Shown here in pieces: positions 9,009 to 18,665 of a stretch of DNA of 64,000 bases; positions within the stretch are counted from its first letter, which is position 1; each line of letters starts with the position of its first letter. Origin of the DNA: Escherichia coli phage NG_S8; the sequence record LC788711.1. One strand, given 5' to 3'. The position numbers and the translations under genes were made by a program. Below the pieces are notes generated by a model. It saw nothing but the letters and a program-made list of their open reading frames with translations, was not told where the DNA came from and did no database searches.

Positions 9009-9419
9009 ATGACTACTCCAACTCAGTGGACTGATGAACTGTTCGAAAAAATGTCTTCCGACTACGTTGCTCGTATGGAGCAATTCCCAGAAGATGAGCG
9101 TCCGGGCGTTAGCATGGAAATTGTTAGCGAAATTGCTCAGGAAAATGGTGTAACTCCGAACGGTTTCCGTATGAAGCTGACCAAAGCAGGTCTGTATATC
9201 AAGAAAGCTGCTGGCTCTACTTCTAAATCAAGCGCATCTACTGGAGAAAAAGCTTCTGGTGGTTCTCGTACTTCCAAAGCTCAGGCTCACTCCGATCTTC
9301 GCTCCGCATTCTCTGATGCTGGCTTAGCCCCGGACTTCCTGGACGACGCAATCATCGACAAGCTGACCGGTAAAGCAGCTGCTCATCTGGCAGAAGCTAT
9401 CCGAGCTATCACTAAGTAA
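9009..9419 (+). CDS. hypothetical protein (136 aa), codon usage suggests high expression
   Basis: RBS AAGGAAAT; biased codons (CTG, GCT, CGT). Confidence 0.65.
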   Translation: MTTPTQWTDELFEKMSSDYVARMEQFPEDERPGVSMEIVSEIAQENGVTPNGFRMKLTKAGLYIKKAAGSTSKSSASTGEKASGGSRTSKAQAHSDLRSAFSDAGLAPDFLDDAIIDKLTGKAAAHLAEAIRAITK

Positions 9420-9455
9420 TTCTTAGATAAATCCACCAACACAAGGAATACAGTT

Positions 9456-9752
9456 ATGAATAAAGCTGAAATTATTGCTCAATGCGAAAAATTTGGTGAG
9501 TTTTATCTTCATTACGAAAAACTTCGTCAGAAAGGAACCACGTACCTTCAGGGTACGATGGAATTTGATCCAGCTCAGGATAAATACCTGGCTGAGCGTA
9601 TTAAACGTGAGCGCATCCGTAAGCCGAAAGAAGATGAAATCCTCGTTTTCTCTCGTACTAACGATAGCTTCCGTTTCATTCCTGTTGCGAAAGTTCGCCG
9701 TGTGACGAGCCTCCAGTCAGAGTTAGATCGTGCTTCTCCAGTAGGCCGATAA
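9456..9752 (+). CDS. hypothetical protein (98 aa)
   Basis: RBS AAGGAATA; followed by terminator hairpin. Confidence 0.6.
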   Translation: MNKAEIIAQCEKFGEFYLHYEKLRQKGTTYLQGTMEFDPAQDKYLAERIKRERIRKPKEDEILVFSRTNDSFRFIPVAKVRRVTSLQSELDRASPVGR

Positions 9753-9762
9753 GAAACCAATT

Positions 9763-9788
9763 AGCCCCTATATGGGGCTTTTTGTGTA
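9763..9788 (+). terminator. rho-independent terminator
   Basis: Stem AGCCCC/GGGGCT then TTTTTG. Confidence 0.6.
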
Positions 9789-9802
9789 TTTGGGATATGT
9801 AA

Positions 9803-10111
9803 ATGAGCGATCAGGTAAATCAAAACTATGAAGGACACGTTGACGACCAGTCCATCATGCTTTGGGAGAAGGAGGGGGAACAAGTAAGACTAACCGTATC
9901 TGAATTTCGTGGGAATCTATACATGGGAATTCGTTACTGGCTCCAAGATATTACTGGAGAGTGGTTTCCAACGAAATCCGGCTTCTCTTTTCCTTATACC
10001 CTAGAAACTACATCACAGCTATTCTACGCTTTTACGCAAATCCTCAGTGAATCCGAGGTCTTGCATGAAGTACAGAAACGAGCTGAAGAACTCAAAGCCA
10101 AGAATGCCTAG
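9803..10111 (+). CDS. PC4/p15-like ssDNA-binding fold protein (102 aa), tentative
   Basis: Size and pattern LWEKEGEQVRLTVSEFRGNLYMGIRYW resemble PC4-like domain; by eye only. Confidence 0.45.
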   Translation: MSDQVNQNYEGHVDDQSIMLWEKEGEQVRLTVSEFRGNLYMGIRYWLQDITGEWFPTKSGFSFPYTLETTSQLFYAFTQILSESEVLHEVQKRAEELKAKNA

Positions 10112-10128
10112 TTCTTGGCTTTTTCTTT
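10096..10128 (+). terminator. rho-independent terminator
   Basis: Stem AGCCAAGAA/TTCTTGGCT then TTTTTCTTT. Confidence 0.7.
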
Positions 10129-10138
10129 ATAAATGTAC

Positions 10139-10167
10139 TTGCTTTCGACTCAGTTTTCATATATAAT
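10139..10167 (+). promoter_or_regulatory. sigma70-type early promoter
   Basis: -35 TTGCTT 10139-10144, 17-bp spacer, -10 TATAAT 10162-10167. Confidence 0.6.
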
Positions 10168-10196
10168 ATTTATATAAATTGATGAGAGGATCAATT

Positions 10197-10397
10197 ATGG
10201 CAATGACAATAACACTTCCAAAGATTCAAGCAAAACTTAATTTGCTCTCCATAGCAAGAATCAATTACCAGGATAGTATCGGCACTCCAAACCAGAAAGC
10301 GTACAAAGATGCGTGGTTGAAAGAAGCTGCTGATTTAGCTGGTATGGCTGCTCAGTATAATAAAGAACTCAAAATGGAAATCGCAGACGATGAATAA
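10197..10397 (+). CDS. hypothetical protein (66 aa)
   Basis: ATG 10197 after GAGAGGA; downstream of promoter. Confidence 0.5.
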   Translation: MAMTITLPKIQAKLNLLSIARINYQDSIGTPNQKAYKDAWLKEAADLAGMAAQYNKELKMEIADDE

Positions 10398-11361
10398 TGT
10401 AAAAGACTTTATCAAACGTTGTCAAGAAGCGTACTACCAGGGAATGAGTCTTATTTCCGATGAAGAATATGATCGTCTGATTAAAAGATTCCCACTAGAG
10501 GAAGAAATCGGACCGAAAGGTGATATCCCTCATTTGTATCGTATGTATTCTTTACAGAAAGTCTATTACGATCGTGGTGATAAAGCTCCATTTAACCCAT
10601 TAGGTCAGGTTGAAACTGATAAGTTAGATGGTTGTGCGATTTCTCTATTATATATTAATGGTGAATTTGTTCAAGCGTTAACTCGTGGTAACGGTATTCT
10701 AGGGAATGATGTAACGCATAATGTTAAAATGCTGAACATTCCCAAAACTATTTCCCAAAAAGTACCAACTCAAATCACTGGTGAAGTTCTCATTACTAAA
10801 GAAGTAGAGAACAAACGTAACTACGCTTCGGGTGCTATTAACCTGAAAGATAGTGATGATTTCATGCAACGTATTGGTGAAGGTGGTTTAATCTTCGTTG
10901 CATATGGTATCCAGTGTTCAGCGGAAACAGTCGGTATTACAGAAGCCTATTTAAAAGATATGCTTTGGCTAGAGAATGAGAACTTCTTGACAGTTATTAA
11001 TGTTCGTTCCTTCTTTAAATGGATTCCGACAGATGGTAAAGTTGTTCGCATTAACGACAACAATAAATTCTTCCGTGAAGGTTGGACTAATAAATTTCCT
11101 CGTGGTGCATTTGCTATTAAAGAGGATGAAGAAGGCGAAATTACCACACTTGTTAAAGTTGAATGGCAAGTAGGGGCTTCTGGTAAAGTAACTCCAGTTG
11201 GTTATTTCGAACCGGTGATTATTGATGATGCCACAATCGTTAAAGCAACTCTTAATAACGTTGATTATATTAACGCTCTCGATTTAGAGATCGGTTGCCA
11301 GATTCGAGTGATTCGTGCTGGTGGTGTAATCCCTTGTATAGTAGAGCGAGTATACGACTAA
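10390..11361 (+). CDS. NAD-dependent DNA ligase, N-terminal adenylation part (323 aa)
   Basis: KxDG adenylation motif (KLDGCAISLLY) and OB-fold region; ends at stop 11359-11361. Confidence 0.8.
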   Translation: MNNVKDFIKRCQEAYYQGMSLISDEEYDRLIKRFPLEEEIGPKGDIPHLYRMYSLQKVYYDRGDKAPFNPLGQVETDKLDGCAISLLYINGEFVQALTRGNGILGNDVTHNVKMLNIPKTISQKVPTQITGEVLITKEVENKRNYASGAINLKDSDDFMQRIGEGGLIFVAYGIQCSAETVGITEAYLKDMLWLENENFLTVINVRSFFKWIPTDGKVVRINDNNKFFREGWTNKFPRGAFAIKEDEEGEITTLVKVEWQVGASGKVTPVGYFEPVIIDDATIVKATLNNVDYINALDLEIGCQIRVIRAGGVIPCIVERVYD

Positions 11362-11411
11362 TTCGTAACCCTTTGCTACCCGTTTACCATGTCGGAATTA
11401 TAAAGTGGTTA

Positions 11412-11440
11412 TTGACATTTTCGCCGCTTAGGTATATACT
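11412..11440 (+). promoter_or_regulatory. consensus-like promoter inside the gap between the two ligase ORFs
   Basis: -35 TTGACA 11412-11417, 17-bp spacer, -10 TATACT 11435-11440. Confidence 0.5.
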
Positions 11441-11504
11441 ATTATCATTCAGTTGAGGGATAGAAAGTTATGGCGAGGGTAAGCAAAGTTAGTTAAAATT
11501 GTAG

Positions 11505-11533
11505 TTGCTAAATGCTTAAATACTTGCTATAAT
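11505..11533 (+). promoter_or_regulatory. sigma70-type early promoter upstream of ligase C-terminal ORF
   Basis: -35 TTGCTA, 17-bp spacer, TGCTATAAT, downstream ATTTATATAAATTGAT shared with other early promoters. Confidence 0.6.
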
Positions 11534-11563
11534 ATTTATATAAATTGATAAGGAAGAAATTTG

Positions 11564-12343
11564 ATGAAAATCGAAATTCCAACACAATGTCCCTCTTGTG
11601 GTTCTAAGCTAGATCTTGTCAACGGGCAATTATTCTGTAGGAATAAGTCCAACTGTCCAGCGCAATCAAGTAAGTTAATCGAGAACTTCTGCACAAAAAT
11701 GAAGTTAAAGGGCTTTGGCCCGAAAACTATTGAGAAGCTGGAGCTGACTAAGATCTCAGAACTGTTTTACCTGACCGAAGAAGATTTGGTCGGAGCTGTG
11801 GGTAGCAAGGTTGCCGCTAAATTGATTAGCGAGTTAAATACTAAGGTTCGCGGAGACATTAACTTTGGTTCAGTTCTCGGTTCTTTAGGAATTCCTCTTA
11901 TTGGAGAGGTTGCAGCAAAGAAACTGTCCCAAAATTGCACTAGCTTCCACGATGTGAAGGCTGACGGCAAGGCTGGAGAAAATTACAAAACCTGGCTAAA
12001 TTCCCCACAAGGCAAGGATGTTATTGAATTACCGTGGAAATTCTCAACGGGTATTCGAGGTGCTAAAGCGGATATCATCATTACAGATGATTTAGTTGCC
12101 CAGCCAAATGGAATCACGGTCTGTATTACCGGATCTTTGCAAGATTTTGCAAATCGAACGGATGCAACAAACTATTTAGAAAGTCTAGGATATACGGTTA
12201 AGAAGTCCGTTACCAAAGACGTCAAATACCTAATCTGTGAGGATGAATCAAAACGTTCTTCCTCATCTTATAAGAAAGCCGAAACGAATGGGATAGAAAT
12301 CCTGTCGATTAAAGAACTATTGGAGAAAAATAATAATGTCTAA
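11564..12343 (+). CDS. NAD-dependent DNA ligase, C-terminal part (Zn finger, HhH, BRCT-like)
   Basis: Four-Cys zinc finger CPSCGSKLDLVNGQLFCRNKSNCPAQ; separate RBS AAGGAAG and ATG. Confidence 0.75.
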   Translation: MKIEIPTQCPSCGSKLDLVNGQLFCRNKSNCPAQSSKLIENFCTKMKLKGFGPKTIEKLELTKISELFYLTEEDLVGAVGSKVAAKLISELNTKVRGDINFGSVLGSLGIPLIGEVAAKKLSQNCTSFHDVKADGKAGENYKTWLNSPQGKDVIELPWKFSTGIRGAKADIIITDDLVAQPNGITVCITGSLQDFANRTDATNYLESLGYTVKKSVTKDVKYLICEDESKRSSSSYKKAETNGIEILSIKELLEKNNNV

Positions 12344-13103
12344 ACTGAACTGGAACGTAGAAGGTGTAACCGAGTCTCTGAAAGCAAAAGCCACTGCTCT
12401 GGGTGTTGCTGTAATCTCTCAAGAACAAGTAGCTGCTATCGCTGCTGAACTGGCTACCGAGACTGGTAAAGACGTTACCGCTCGCTCTGTTGGCTCTAAG
12501 CTGCGTAAAGAAGGTTTCGAAGTACAGAAAGCAAACGAAGTACAGAAATCCCCGTGGACTCCTGAGCAGGAAGCTGAACTGGTTGATTTCCTGAACGCTC
12601 ATGCTGGTCAGTATACTTACGCTGAAATCGCTGCTGCTGTAGCTGGTGGTCAGTTCGGTGCTAAGCAGGTACAAGGTAAGATCCTGAGTCTGGAAATGAC
12701 TGCTTCTGTTAAGCCAACCGAAAAAGCTGCTGCTGTTCGTTCCTTTACTCCTGACGAAGAAACTGATTTCGTTAATCAGGTTGTTGCTGGTGCTACTATT
12801 GAAGCTATCGCTGCTCACTTCGGTCGCAATATTAAGCAGATCCGTGGTAAAGCTCTGAGTCTGCTTCGTGAAGGTCGTATCGCTGCTATGCCGGTACAGG
12901 AAACTTCAAGTGCTAAAACTCGTGAAGATCTGTTAGAAGGTCTGGATCTGGCTAACATGACTGTTGCTGAGATCGCTGAGAAAACTGGTAAGTCTGAGCG
13001 CGGTGTTAAATCTATGCTGTCTCGTCGTGGTCTGGTTGCTAAGGACTATGATGGTGCCGCTAAGCGTGCTAAACTGGATGCAAAAGCTGCGGCTGCTGAA
13101 TAA
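12336..13103 (+). CDS. putative DNA-binding protein with four internal HTH-like repeats (D5-like by position and size)
   Basis: Four ~55-aa repeats (e.g. EQVAAIAAELATETGKDVTARSVGSKLRKEG); strong codon bias; terminator follows. Confidence 0.75.
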   Translation: MSKLNWNVEGVTESLKAKATALGVAVISQEQVAAIAAELATETGKDVTARSVGSKLRKEGFEVQKANEVQKSPWTPEQEAELVDFLNAHAGQYTYAEIAAAVAGGQFGAKQVQGKILSLEMTASVKPTEKAAAVRSFTPDEETDFVNQVVAGATIEAIAAHFGRNIKQIRGKALSLLREGRIAAMPVQETSSAKTREDLLEGLDLANMTVAEIAEKTGKSERGVKSMLSRRGLVAKDYDGAAKRAKLDAKAAAAE

Positions 13104-13120
13104 TCTGGTAAATTAAACCT

Positions 13121-13156
13121 AAGGGGAGGGGGCTATGCTCCTTCCCCTTTTTGCAT
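13121..13156 (+). terminator. rho-independent terminator after D5-like gene
   Basis: GC-rich stem AAGGGGA/TCCCCTT then TTTTT. Confidence 0.7.
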
Positions 13157-13185
13157 TTAGAAGGCACGAAAGCGTGCAAAGGAGA

Positions 13186-14658
13186 ATGACCTTGTTTAAC
13201 GTGCAAGCTGTAGTGTTGAAGATGCTTCTCGCTTCTGGACAGAAGCAAATAGCATTGGAAACATTCTCAAAACTGCATAAAGATCATTTTAATGACGCTT
13301 TCTCCTCAATTTACCAAGCCGTCCAGAATTATTATAAGAAATATAACGCAATGCCGTCCATTGACGCACTGATGCTTGAGGCCAATAGGAACGCCCGCCT
13401 TTCTCAAGCTCTTGTCGTCTTAGCTAACACTCAAATTCCAGAAGTGAGCATGGAACAGGCGCTTGAAGTCCTAGAAGCCGAATATACACAGGATCTATTC
13501 CTGAAACTTCTAGAAACAGACGTGCTTCAAGATTTAACAATGCTGGATCAGGGAGAAATTCTCAACCGAGTTGCCTCCCTTCACTTAAAATTAGAAGAGA
13601 AAGTAACGAATACTGGAAAGGTATTCAACGCAGACACAATGCGTATTTTCCAGAGAGAAGAAGATACCAAACTGAACTTGATCGCTCTTGGTATTTGTAA
13701 TGAGTTCGACGCTCAAATTGGTTTAGCTCGCACAGAAACGTTACTGCTTGGTGGTTGGCGTGGTACTGGTAAATCCATTATCTGTTCAAACATACAGGTT
13801 CAGCAATATTTGAATGGAGACATTGCTCCATATTTCTCAATTGAGATGAAAGAGCACGAAGTGTTTAGACGTAATCTGGCTATGTTAGCTGGAGTATCTG
13901 CATTAGCAATGCGTAACAACACTCTTGAAGGTGCTGCTCTGTTGAGATTAGCCAGAACTAGGGCTAGGATGTTTAATGGTGGTGAAGAGCTTTTCGATAA
14001 CTTCGTTAAGCAATACACTATGGCTAAAATGAGTGACTTCTATGATATGGAAAGTAAACTCCTTGAAGGCTATGAGCTTCACACTCCTATGATCATCGTT
14101 TACGATCCTGAACTGTCTATTACGACGGTTGACGTAGAATTAAATAAACTAGTTGCTAAGTATGGTGATAAGGTTACTGTAGCTCTTCTAGACTATATTA
14201 ACCAAACAAGACTTCCAGATTCAAAGACCATTGATATGTATGACTGGAAAGAACAGATGGTTGTTAGTTCATCTTTCAAATCTATCTGCCAGAAACATAA
14301 CGTGGCTGGTGTTGCCCCTTACCAGATTGACCAAGATGGTAGAACGCGTATGTCTAAAGGGATTCTTGATTCCGCAGATATGGCTGCTAATCTTAATGCT
14401 GCAAAAGCTGATAACGGTCAAGGTGCTATTATGTTTGACTTCGTTAAGACTCGTTCCTCTGATAGTGTGAAGTTTATGCCTAAGATGAACTGGGAAACTC
14501 TACGAATGGATAACACTACCAACCTAGCAATGGAAGATATTGCGCAAATGGAAGCTGAGTTCGTTATTCCTATTGAAAAGGATAAACCAGCTCAACCTAA
14601 ACGTGCTAAGAAAGACAAAGCTGAAAATTCAACAGGTGAACAGGCCAGCGATATATGA
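13186..14658 (+). CDS. replicative DNA helicase, RecA-fold/DnaB-like
   Basis: Walker A GGWRGTGKS; start moved to ATG 13186 because first ATG lies inside upstream terminator hairpin. Confidence 0.7.
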   Translation: MTLFNVQAVVLKMLLASGQKQIALETFSKLHKDHFNDAFSSIYQAVQNYYKKYNAMPSIDALMLEANRNARLSQALVVLANTQIPEVSMEQALEVLEAEYTQDLFLKLLETDVLQDLTMLDQGEILNRVASLHLKLEEKVTNTGKVFNADTMRIFQREEDTKLNLIALGICNEFDAQIGLARTETLLLGGWRGTGKSIICSNIQVQQYLNGDIAPYFSIEMKEHEVFRRNLAMLAGVSALAMRNNTLEGAALLRLARTRARMFNGGEELFDNFVKQYTMAKMSDFYDMESKLLEGYELHTPMIIVYDPELSITTVDVELNKLVAKYGDKVTVALLDYINQTRLPDSKTIDMYDWKEQMVVSSSFKSICQKHNVAGVAPYQIDQDGRTRMSKGILDSADMAANLNAAKADNGQGAIMFDFVKTRSSDSVKFMPKMNWETLRMDNTTNLAMEDIAQMEAEFVIPIEKDKPAQPKRAKKDKAENSTGEQASDI

Positions 14659-15545
14659 GTAGAATAACAGAACTACTTGATCTGAAAGGCATTGAATACA
14701 AAGACACAGGTGGGGACATCCTCATCTGTTGTCTCAATCCAGATCATGATGATAAACACCCAAGCTTGCGTATTGACCCTGAATCAGGTATTATGCATTG
14801 CTTGAGCTGTGGCTTCGGTAGAGGAATACCGAGCATTTACCATTATTTTAATGAGACTCAGTACAGACAGTCACCAAGATTGTCACAAGTACGTAAAAAG
14901 ATTTCAGAGATTAGGAATGGATCTACGAATCTTGCAATTCCTGAATCTGCTTACCTTTTCGAAGGTGATTTCCGAGGTATCAGTTCTAAGACCTTGAAGA
15001 AATATTTTGCTTTCCAACATCAAGCAGACTGGGAAGGCAGAATTGTATTCCCAATAACAGATGCTGTTGGACGCAATATCCTATTTCTGGGACGTTCTAT
15101 AAACAGTTCTGCCCCTCCTAAATACTTAGTAAAACCAAAACAAGTTTCACCACCGATTTTCCCTGTACGATATAATACACCAGTTCTTGTTCTAGTTGAA
15201 GGTATCTTTGATATGTTAAATCTAGAAGATAACGGTGTGGATTATGCTTCTTGCTGCTTTGGTACACATCAGTTTACATCTGATAACATTGCTGATAAGT
15301 TCAGTCCTTACATTATTGCTGGGGTAAGAGTAGTAGTTATCCTATTAGATAATGATGCCTCTGGTAATAAAGCTGCTCAAGCACTAGCGAAGCTAATTCG
15401 TACAAAAACACGTTTAACACCTGTAGTTGGTAACTTCCTTCTTCCAGAAGGCAAAGACCCAGGTGATTTAAATAAAGAAGAGATCGATATGTTGGCTCAA
15501 CGTATTGAAATTTTAGTTGCCGAATCGCTCAAAGATTTGGTATAA
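14655..15545 (+). CDS. DNA primase (zinc-binding plus TOPRIM-like)
   Basis: CCLNPDHDDKHPS...HCLSCG zinc motif; VLVEGIFD and LLDNDASG TOPRIM-like acidic motifs. Confidence 0.75.
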   Translation: MSRITELLDLKGIEYKDTGGDILICCLNPDHDDKHPSLRIDPESGIMHCLSCGFGRGIPSIYHYFNETQYRQSPRLSQVRKKISEIRNGSTNLAIPESAYLFEGDFRGISSKTLKKYFAFQHQADWEGRIVFPITDAVGRNILFLGRSINSSAPPKYLVKPKQVSPPIFPVRYNTPVLVLVEGIFDMLNLEDNGVDYASCCFGTHQFTSDNIADKFSPYIIAGVRVVVILLDNDASGNKAAQALAKLIRTKTRLTPVVGNFLLPEGKDPGDLNKEEIDMLAQRIEILVAESLKDLV

Positions 15546-15607
15546 TATATTGGTAAGTTAGAGAAGAAACACTGAAGTTATACTTACTTACCAAAAGGAG
15601 ACTAAAT

Positions 15608-18175
15608 TTGAAAATTGCAGTAGTTGATAAAGCTCTAAATAACACTCGTTATGATAAACACTTCCAGCTTTACGGTGAGGAAGTTGATGTATTCCATATG
15701 TGTAACGAGAAGTTATCTGGCCGTTTGCTGAAAAAGCATATTACAATCGGAACTCCAGATAACCCGTTCGATCCGAACGATTACGATTTTGTTGTACTAG
15801 TTGGTGCTGAACCTTTCCTGTATTTCGCAGGTAAGAAAGGTATCGGTGATTATACTGGTAAACGTGTAGAGCATGGCGGCTATGCCAATTGGATTGCAAG
15901 TATTAGTCCAGCTCAGTTACACTTTAAACCTGAAATGAAACCAGTTTTCGATGCAACTGTAGAAAGTATTCACGATATTATTAATGGTCGTGAGAAGATT
16001 GCAAAAGCTGGTGATTATCGTCCTATTACTGATCCAGATGAAGCTGAAGAATACATCAAGATGGTGTATAACATGGTTATCGGTCCTATCGCATTCGACT
16101 CCGAAACCTCAGCTTTGTACGCTCGTGATGGTTATCTGCTTGGTGTTTCTATATCTCACCAAGAGTACCAGGGTGTTTATATTGACTCTGACAGCATAAC
16201 CGAAGTAGCTGTACATTATCTCCAGAAAATTCTGGATAGCAAGAATCATCAGATCGTTTTTCATAACTTGAAGTTCGATATGCACTTTTATTCCTATCAC
16301 TTAGGACTTTCCTTTGAGAAAGCACATAAAGAGCGTAGACTTCATGATACCATGTTACAACACTATGTTCTCGATGAACGTCGTGGTACTCACGGCTTGA
16401 AATCTCTGGCTATGAAGTATACTGACATGGGCGATTACGACTTTGAACTGGATAAGTTCAAGGATGATTATTGCAAAGCACATAAAATCAAGAAAGAAGA
16501 TTTCAGCTATGATCTGATTCCATTTGATATTATGTGGCCTTATGCTGCAAAAGATACCGATGCTACTCTGCGTCTGCATAACTTCTTCTTACCGAAAATT
16601 GAGAAGAATGAAAAACTTTGCAGTCTATACTATGATGTTCTGATGCCTGGTTGCGTATTCCTGCAACGTGTTGAAGATCGTGGTGTACCAATTTCTGTTG
16701 ATCGCTTGAAAGAAGCTCAGTATCAGTTAACTCACAACCTGAGCAAGGCTCGTGAAAAGCTGTATACTTATCCAGAAGTCGTTCAGCTAGAGAAAGATCA
16801 GAACGAAGCGTTTAACCCGAACTCTGTTAAGCAACTTCGTGTTCTTCTGTTTGATTATGTTGGTCTGACTCCAACGGGTAAATTGACGGATACAGGTGCA
16901 GATTCTACAAACGCAGAAGCTCTGAATGAATTGGCTACTCAGCACCCGATTGCGAAAACTCTGCTAGAGATTCGTAAGCTGACTAAGCTGATCTCTACTT
17001 ATGTTGAGAAGATTCTTCTGAGCATCGATGCAGATGGTTACATTCGTACTGGTTTCCACGAACACATGACTACTTCTGGTCGTCTGAGTTCTTCTGGTAA
17101 GCTAAACCTGCAACAGTTACCGCGTGATGAATCTATTATCAAGGGTTGTGTAGTAGCTCCCCCTGGATATCGTGTAATCGCATGGGACTTAACAACTGCG
17201 GAAGTTTATTACGCTGCTGTACTGTCTGGTGACAGAAACATGCAACAAGTATTTATCAACATGAAGAATGAGCCTGATAAATACCCTGACTTCCACTCAA
17301 ACATCGCACACATGGTATTTAAACTGACCTGTGAACCACGTGATGTTAAGAAGCTGTTCCCAGCTCTGCGTCAGGCTGCTAAGGCAATTACCTTCGGTAT
17401 TCTGTATGGTTCTGGCCCAGCTAAAGTAGCTCATTCTGTTAACGAAGCTCTTCTGGAACAGGCTGCTAAGACAGGCGAACCGTTTGTTGAATGTACCGTT
17501 GCAGATGCGAAGGACTATATCGAAACTTACTTCGGTCAGTTCCCTCAGCTTAAGCGTTGGATTGATAAGTGCCACGATCAGATCAAGAACTTTGGATTCA
17601 TCTATAGTCACTTTGGTCGTAAGCGTCGTCTGCACAACATCCATTCCGAAGATCGTGGTGTTCAGGGTGAAGAAATCCGTTCTGGATTTAACGCAATCAT
17701 TCAGTCTGCATCTTCTGATAGCCTGCTGTTAGGTGCTATTGATGCTGATGAAGAAATCCTATCCCTGGGTCTAGGAAAAGAGATGAAGATCGTCATGTTG
17801 GTTCACGACTCCGTGGTTGCTATTGTACGTGAAGATCTGATTGATCAATATAACGAGATTCTGATTCGTAACATCCAGAAGGATCGTGGTATTAGTATCC
17901 CTGGCTGCCCAATCGGTATTGATTCTGATTCTGAGAAAGGTGGTTCTCGTGACTACTCTTGTGGTAAGATGAAGAAACAGCACCCATCAATCGCTTGTAT
18001 TGATGATGATGAGTATACTCGTTATGTTAAGGGTGTATTACTCGATGCAGATTTCGAGTATAAGAAGTTAGCTGCAATGGATAAAGAGCATCCAGACCAC
18101 AGCAAGTACAAGGATGATAAGTTTATTGCTGTATGTAAAGATCTGGATAATGTGAAAAGGATTTTAGGTGCTTGA
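15608..18175 (+). CDS. DNA polymerase, family A, with 3'-5' exonuclease domain (855 aa)
   Basis: TTG start after AAGGAG; exonuclease motif FDSETSAL; length matches T5 polymerase. Confidence 0.9.
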   Translation: MKIAVVDKALNNTRYDKHFQLYGEEVDVFHMCNEKLSGRLLKKHITIGTPDNPFDPNDYDFVVLVGAEPFLYFAGKKGIGDYTGKRVEHGGYANWIASISPAQLHFKPEMKPVFDATVESIHDIINGREKIAKAGDYRPITDPDEAEEYIKMVYNMVIGPIAFDSETSALYARDGYLLGVSISHQEYQGVYIDSDSITEVAVHYLQKILDSKNHQIVFHNLKFDMHFYSYHLGLSFEKAHKERRLHDTMLQHYVLDERRGTHGLKSLAMKYTDMGDYDFELDKFKDDYCKAHKIKKEDFSYDLIPFDIMWPYAAKDTDATLRLHNFFLPKIEKNEKLCSLYYDVLMPGCVFLQRVEDRGVPISVDRLKEAQYQLTHNLSKAREKLYTYPEVVQLEKDQNEAFNPNSVKQLRVLLFDYVGLTPTGKLTDTGADSTNAEALNELATQHPIAKTLLEIRKLTKLISTYVEKILLSIDADGYIRTGFHEHMTTSGRLSSSGKLNLQQLPRDESIIKGCVVAPPGYRVIAWDLTTAEVYYAAVLSGDRNMQQVFINMKNEPDKYPDFHSNIAHMVFKLTCEPRDVKKLFPALRQAAKAITFGILYGSGPAKVAHSVNEALLEQAAKTGEPFVECTVADAKDYIETYFGQFPQLKRWIDKCHDQIKNFGFIYSHFGRKRRLHNIHSEDRGVQGEEIRSGFNAIIQSASSDSLLLGAIDADEEILSLGLGKEMKIVMLVHDSVVAIVREDLIDQYNEILIRNIQKDRGISIPGCPIGIDSDSEKGGSRDYSCGKMKKQHPSIACIDDDEYTRYVKGVLLDADFEYKKLAAMDKEHPDHSKYKDDKFIAVCKDLDNVKRILGA

Positions 18176-18665
18176 TTTCAAATTGCCCGTATATGCTTTA
18201 CGGGCGTTTGTATCAATTGAGCAGGAAGGTGATTATTCCGTAATTACAACAAGATATAATAAATATGTGCTAGATAACAGGGAGTTGCCTGGCACATTCT
18301 CTCAACGTAGGTTAGCCTTATTTGAGAAGCGGAAAGAATTACCTTATAAGCTCTATCCTATTCGTGGTAGAATATCAATGTTGTCCCAATTAGTTGGGTC
18401 AAAGCGTAGCCAGTTCATAGATTCTGATGGAAATCTCATTAACTGGAAGAAAACTACGTTCTATGATGTTATCACGTCTAAAGTTCTGCATTCTGCAAGA
18501 ATTTATAATGGAAAGTATCAATGCTATGTGGCTAAAGTCCCGTATCCATTCGTGCTATCCTATGTTCCAGCTTATATAAGCTATATTCTGGTAAATAATA
18601 GCCCTGTTATTTATCAAGTCCATCAAGAGGAGCCTGAAATTCCTAGACTTAGAATAAAATTATGA
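18168..18665 (+). CDS. hypothetical protein (165 aa)
   Basis: GTG start overlapping polymerase stop. Confidence 0.5.
   Translation: MLDFKLPVYALRAFVSIEQEGDYSVITTRYNKYVLDNRELPGTFSQRRLALFEKRKELPYKLYPIRGRISMLSQLVGSKRSQFIDSDGNLINWKKTTFYDVITSKVLHSARIYNGKYQCYVAKVPYPFVLSYVPAYISYILVNNSPVIYQVHQEEPEIPRLRIKL

Noticed and set aside
12309-12818. 169-aa minus-strand ORF opposite the D5-like gene
   Set aside because: Ser/Phe-rich antisense translation of a highly expressed gene; no RBS.
13135-13185. First ATG of the helicase ORF
   Set aside because: Lies inside the stem of the upstream terminator; in-frame ATG 13186 preferred.
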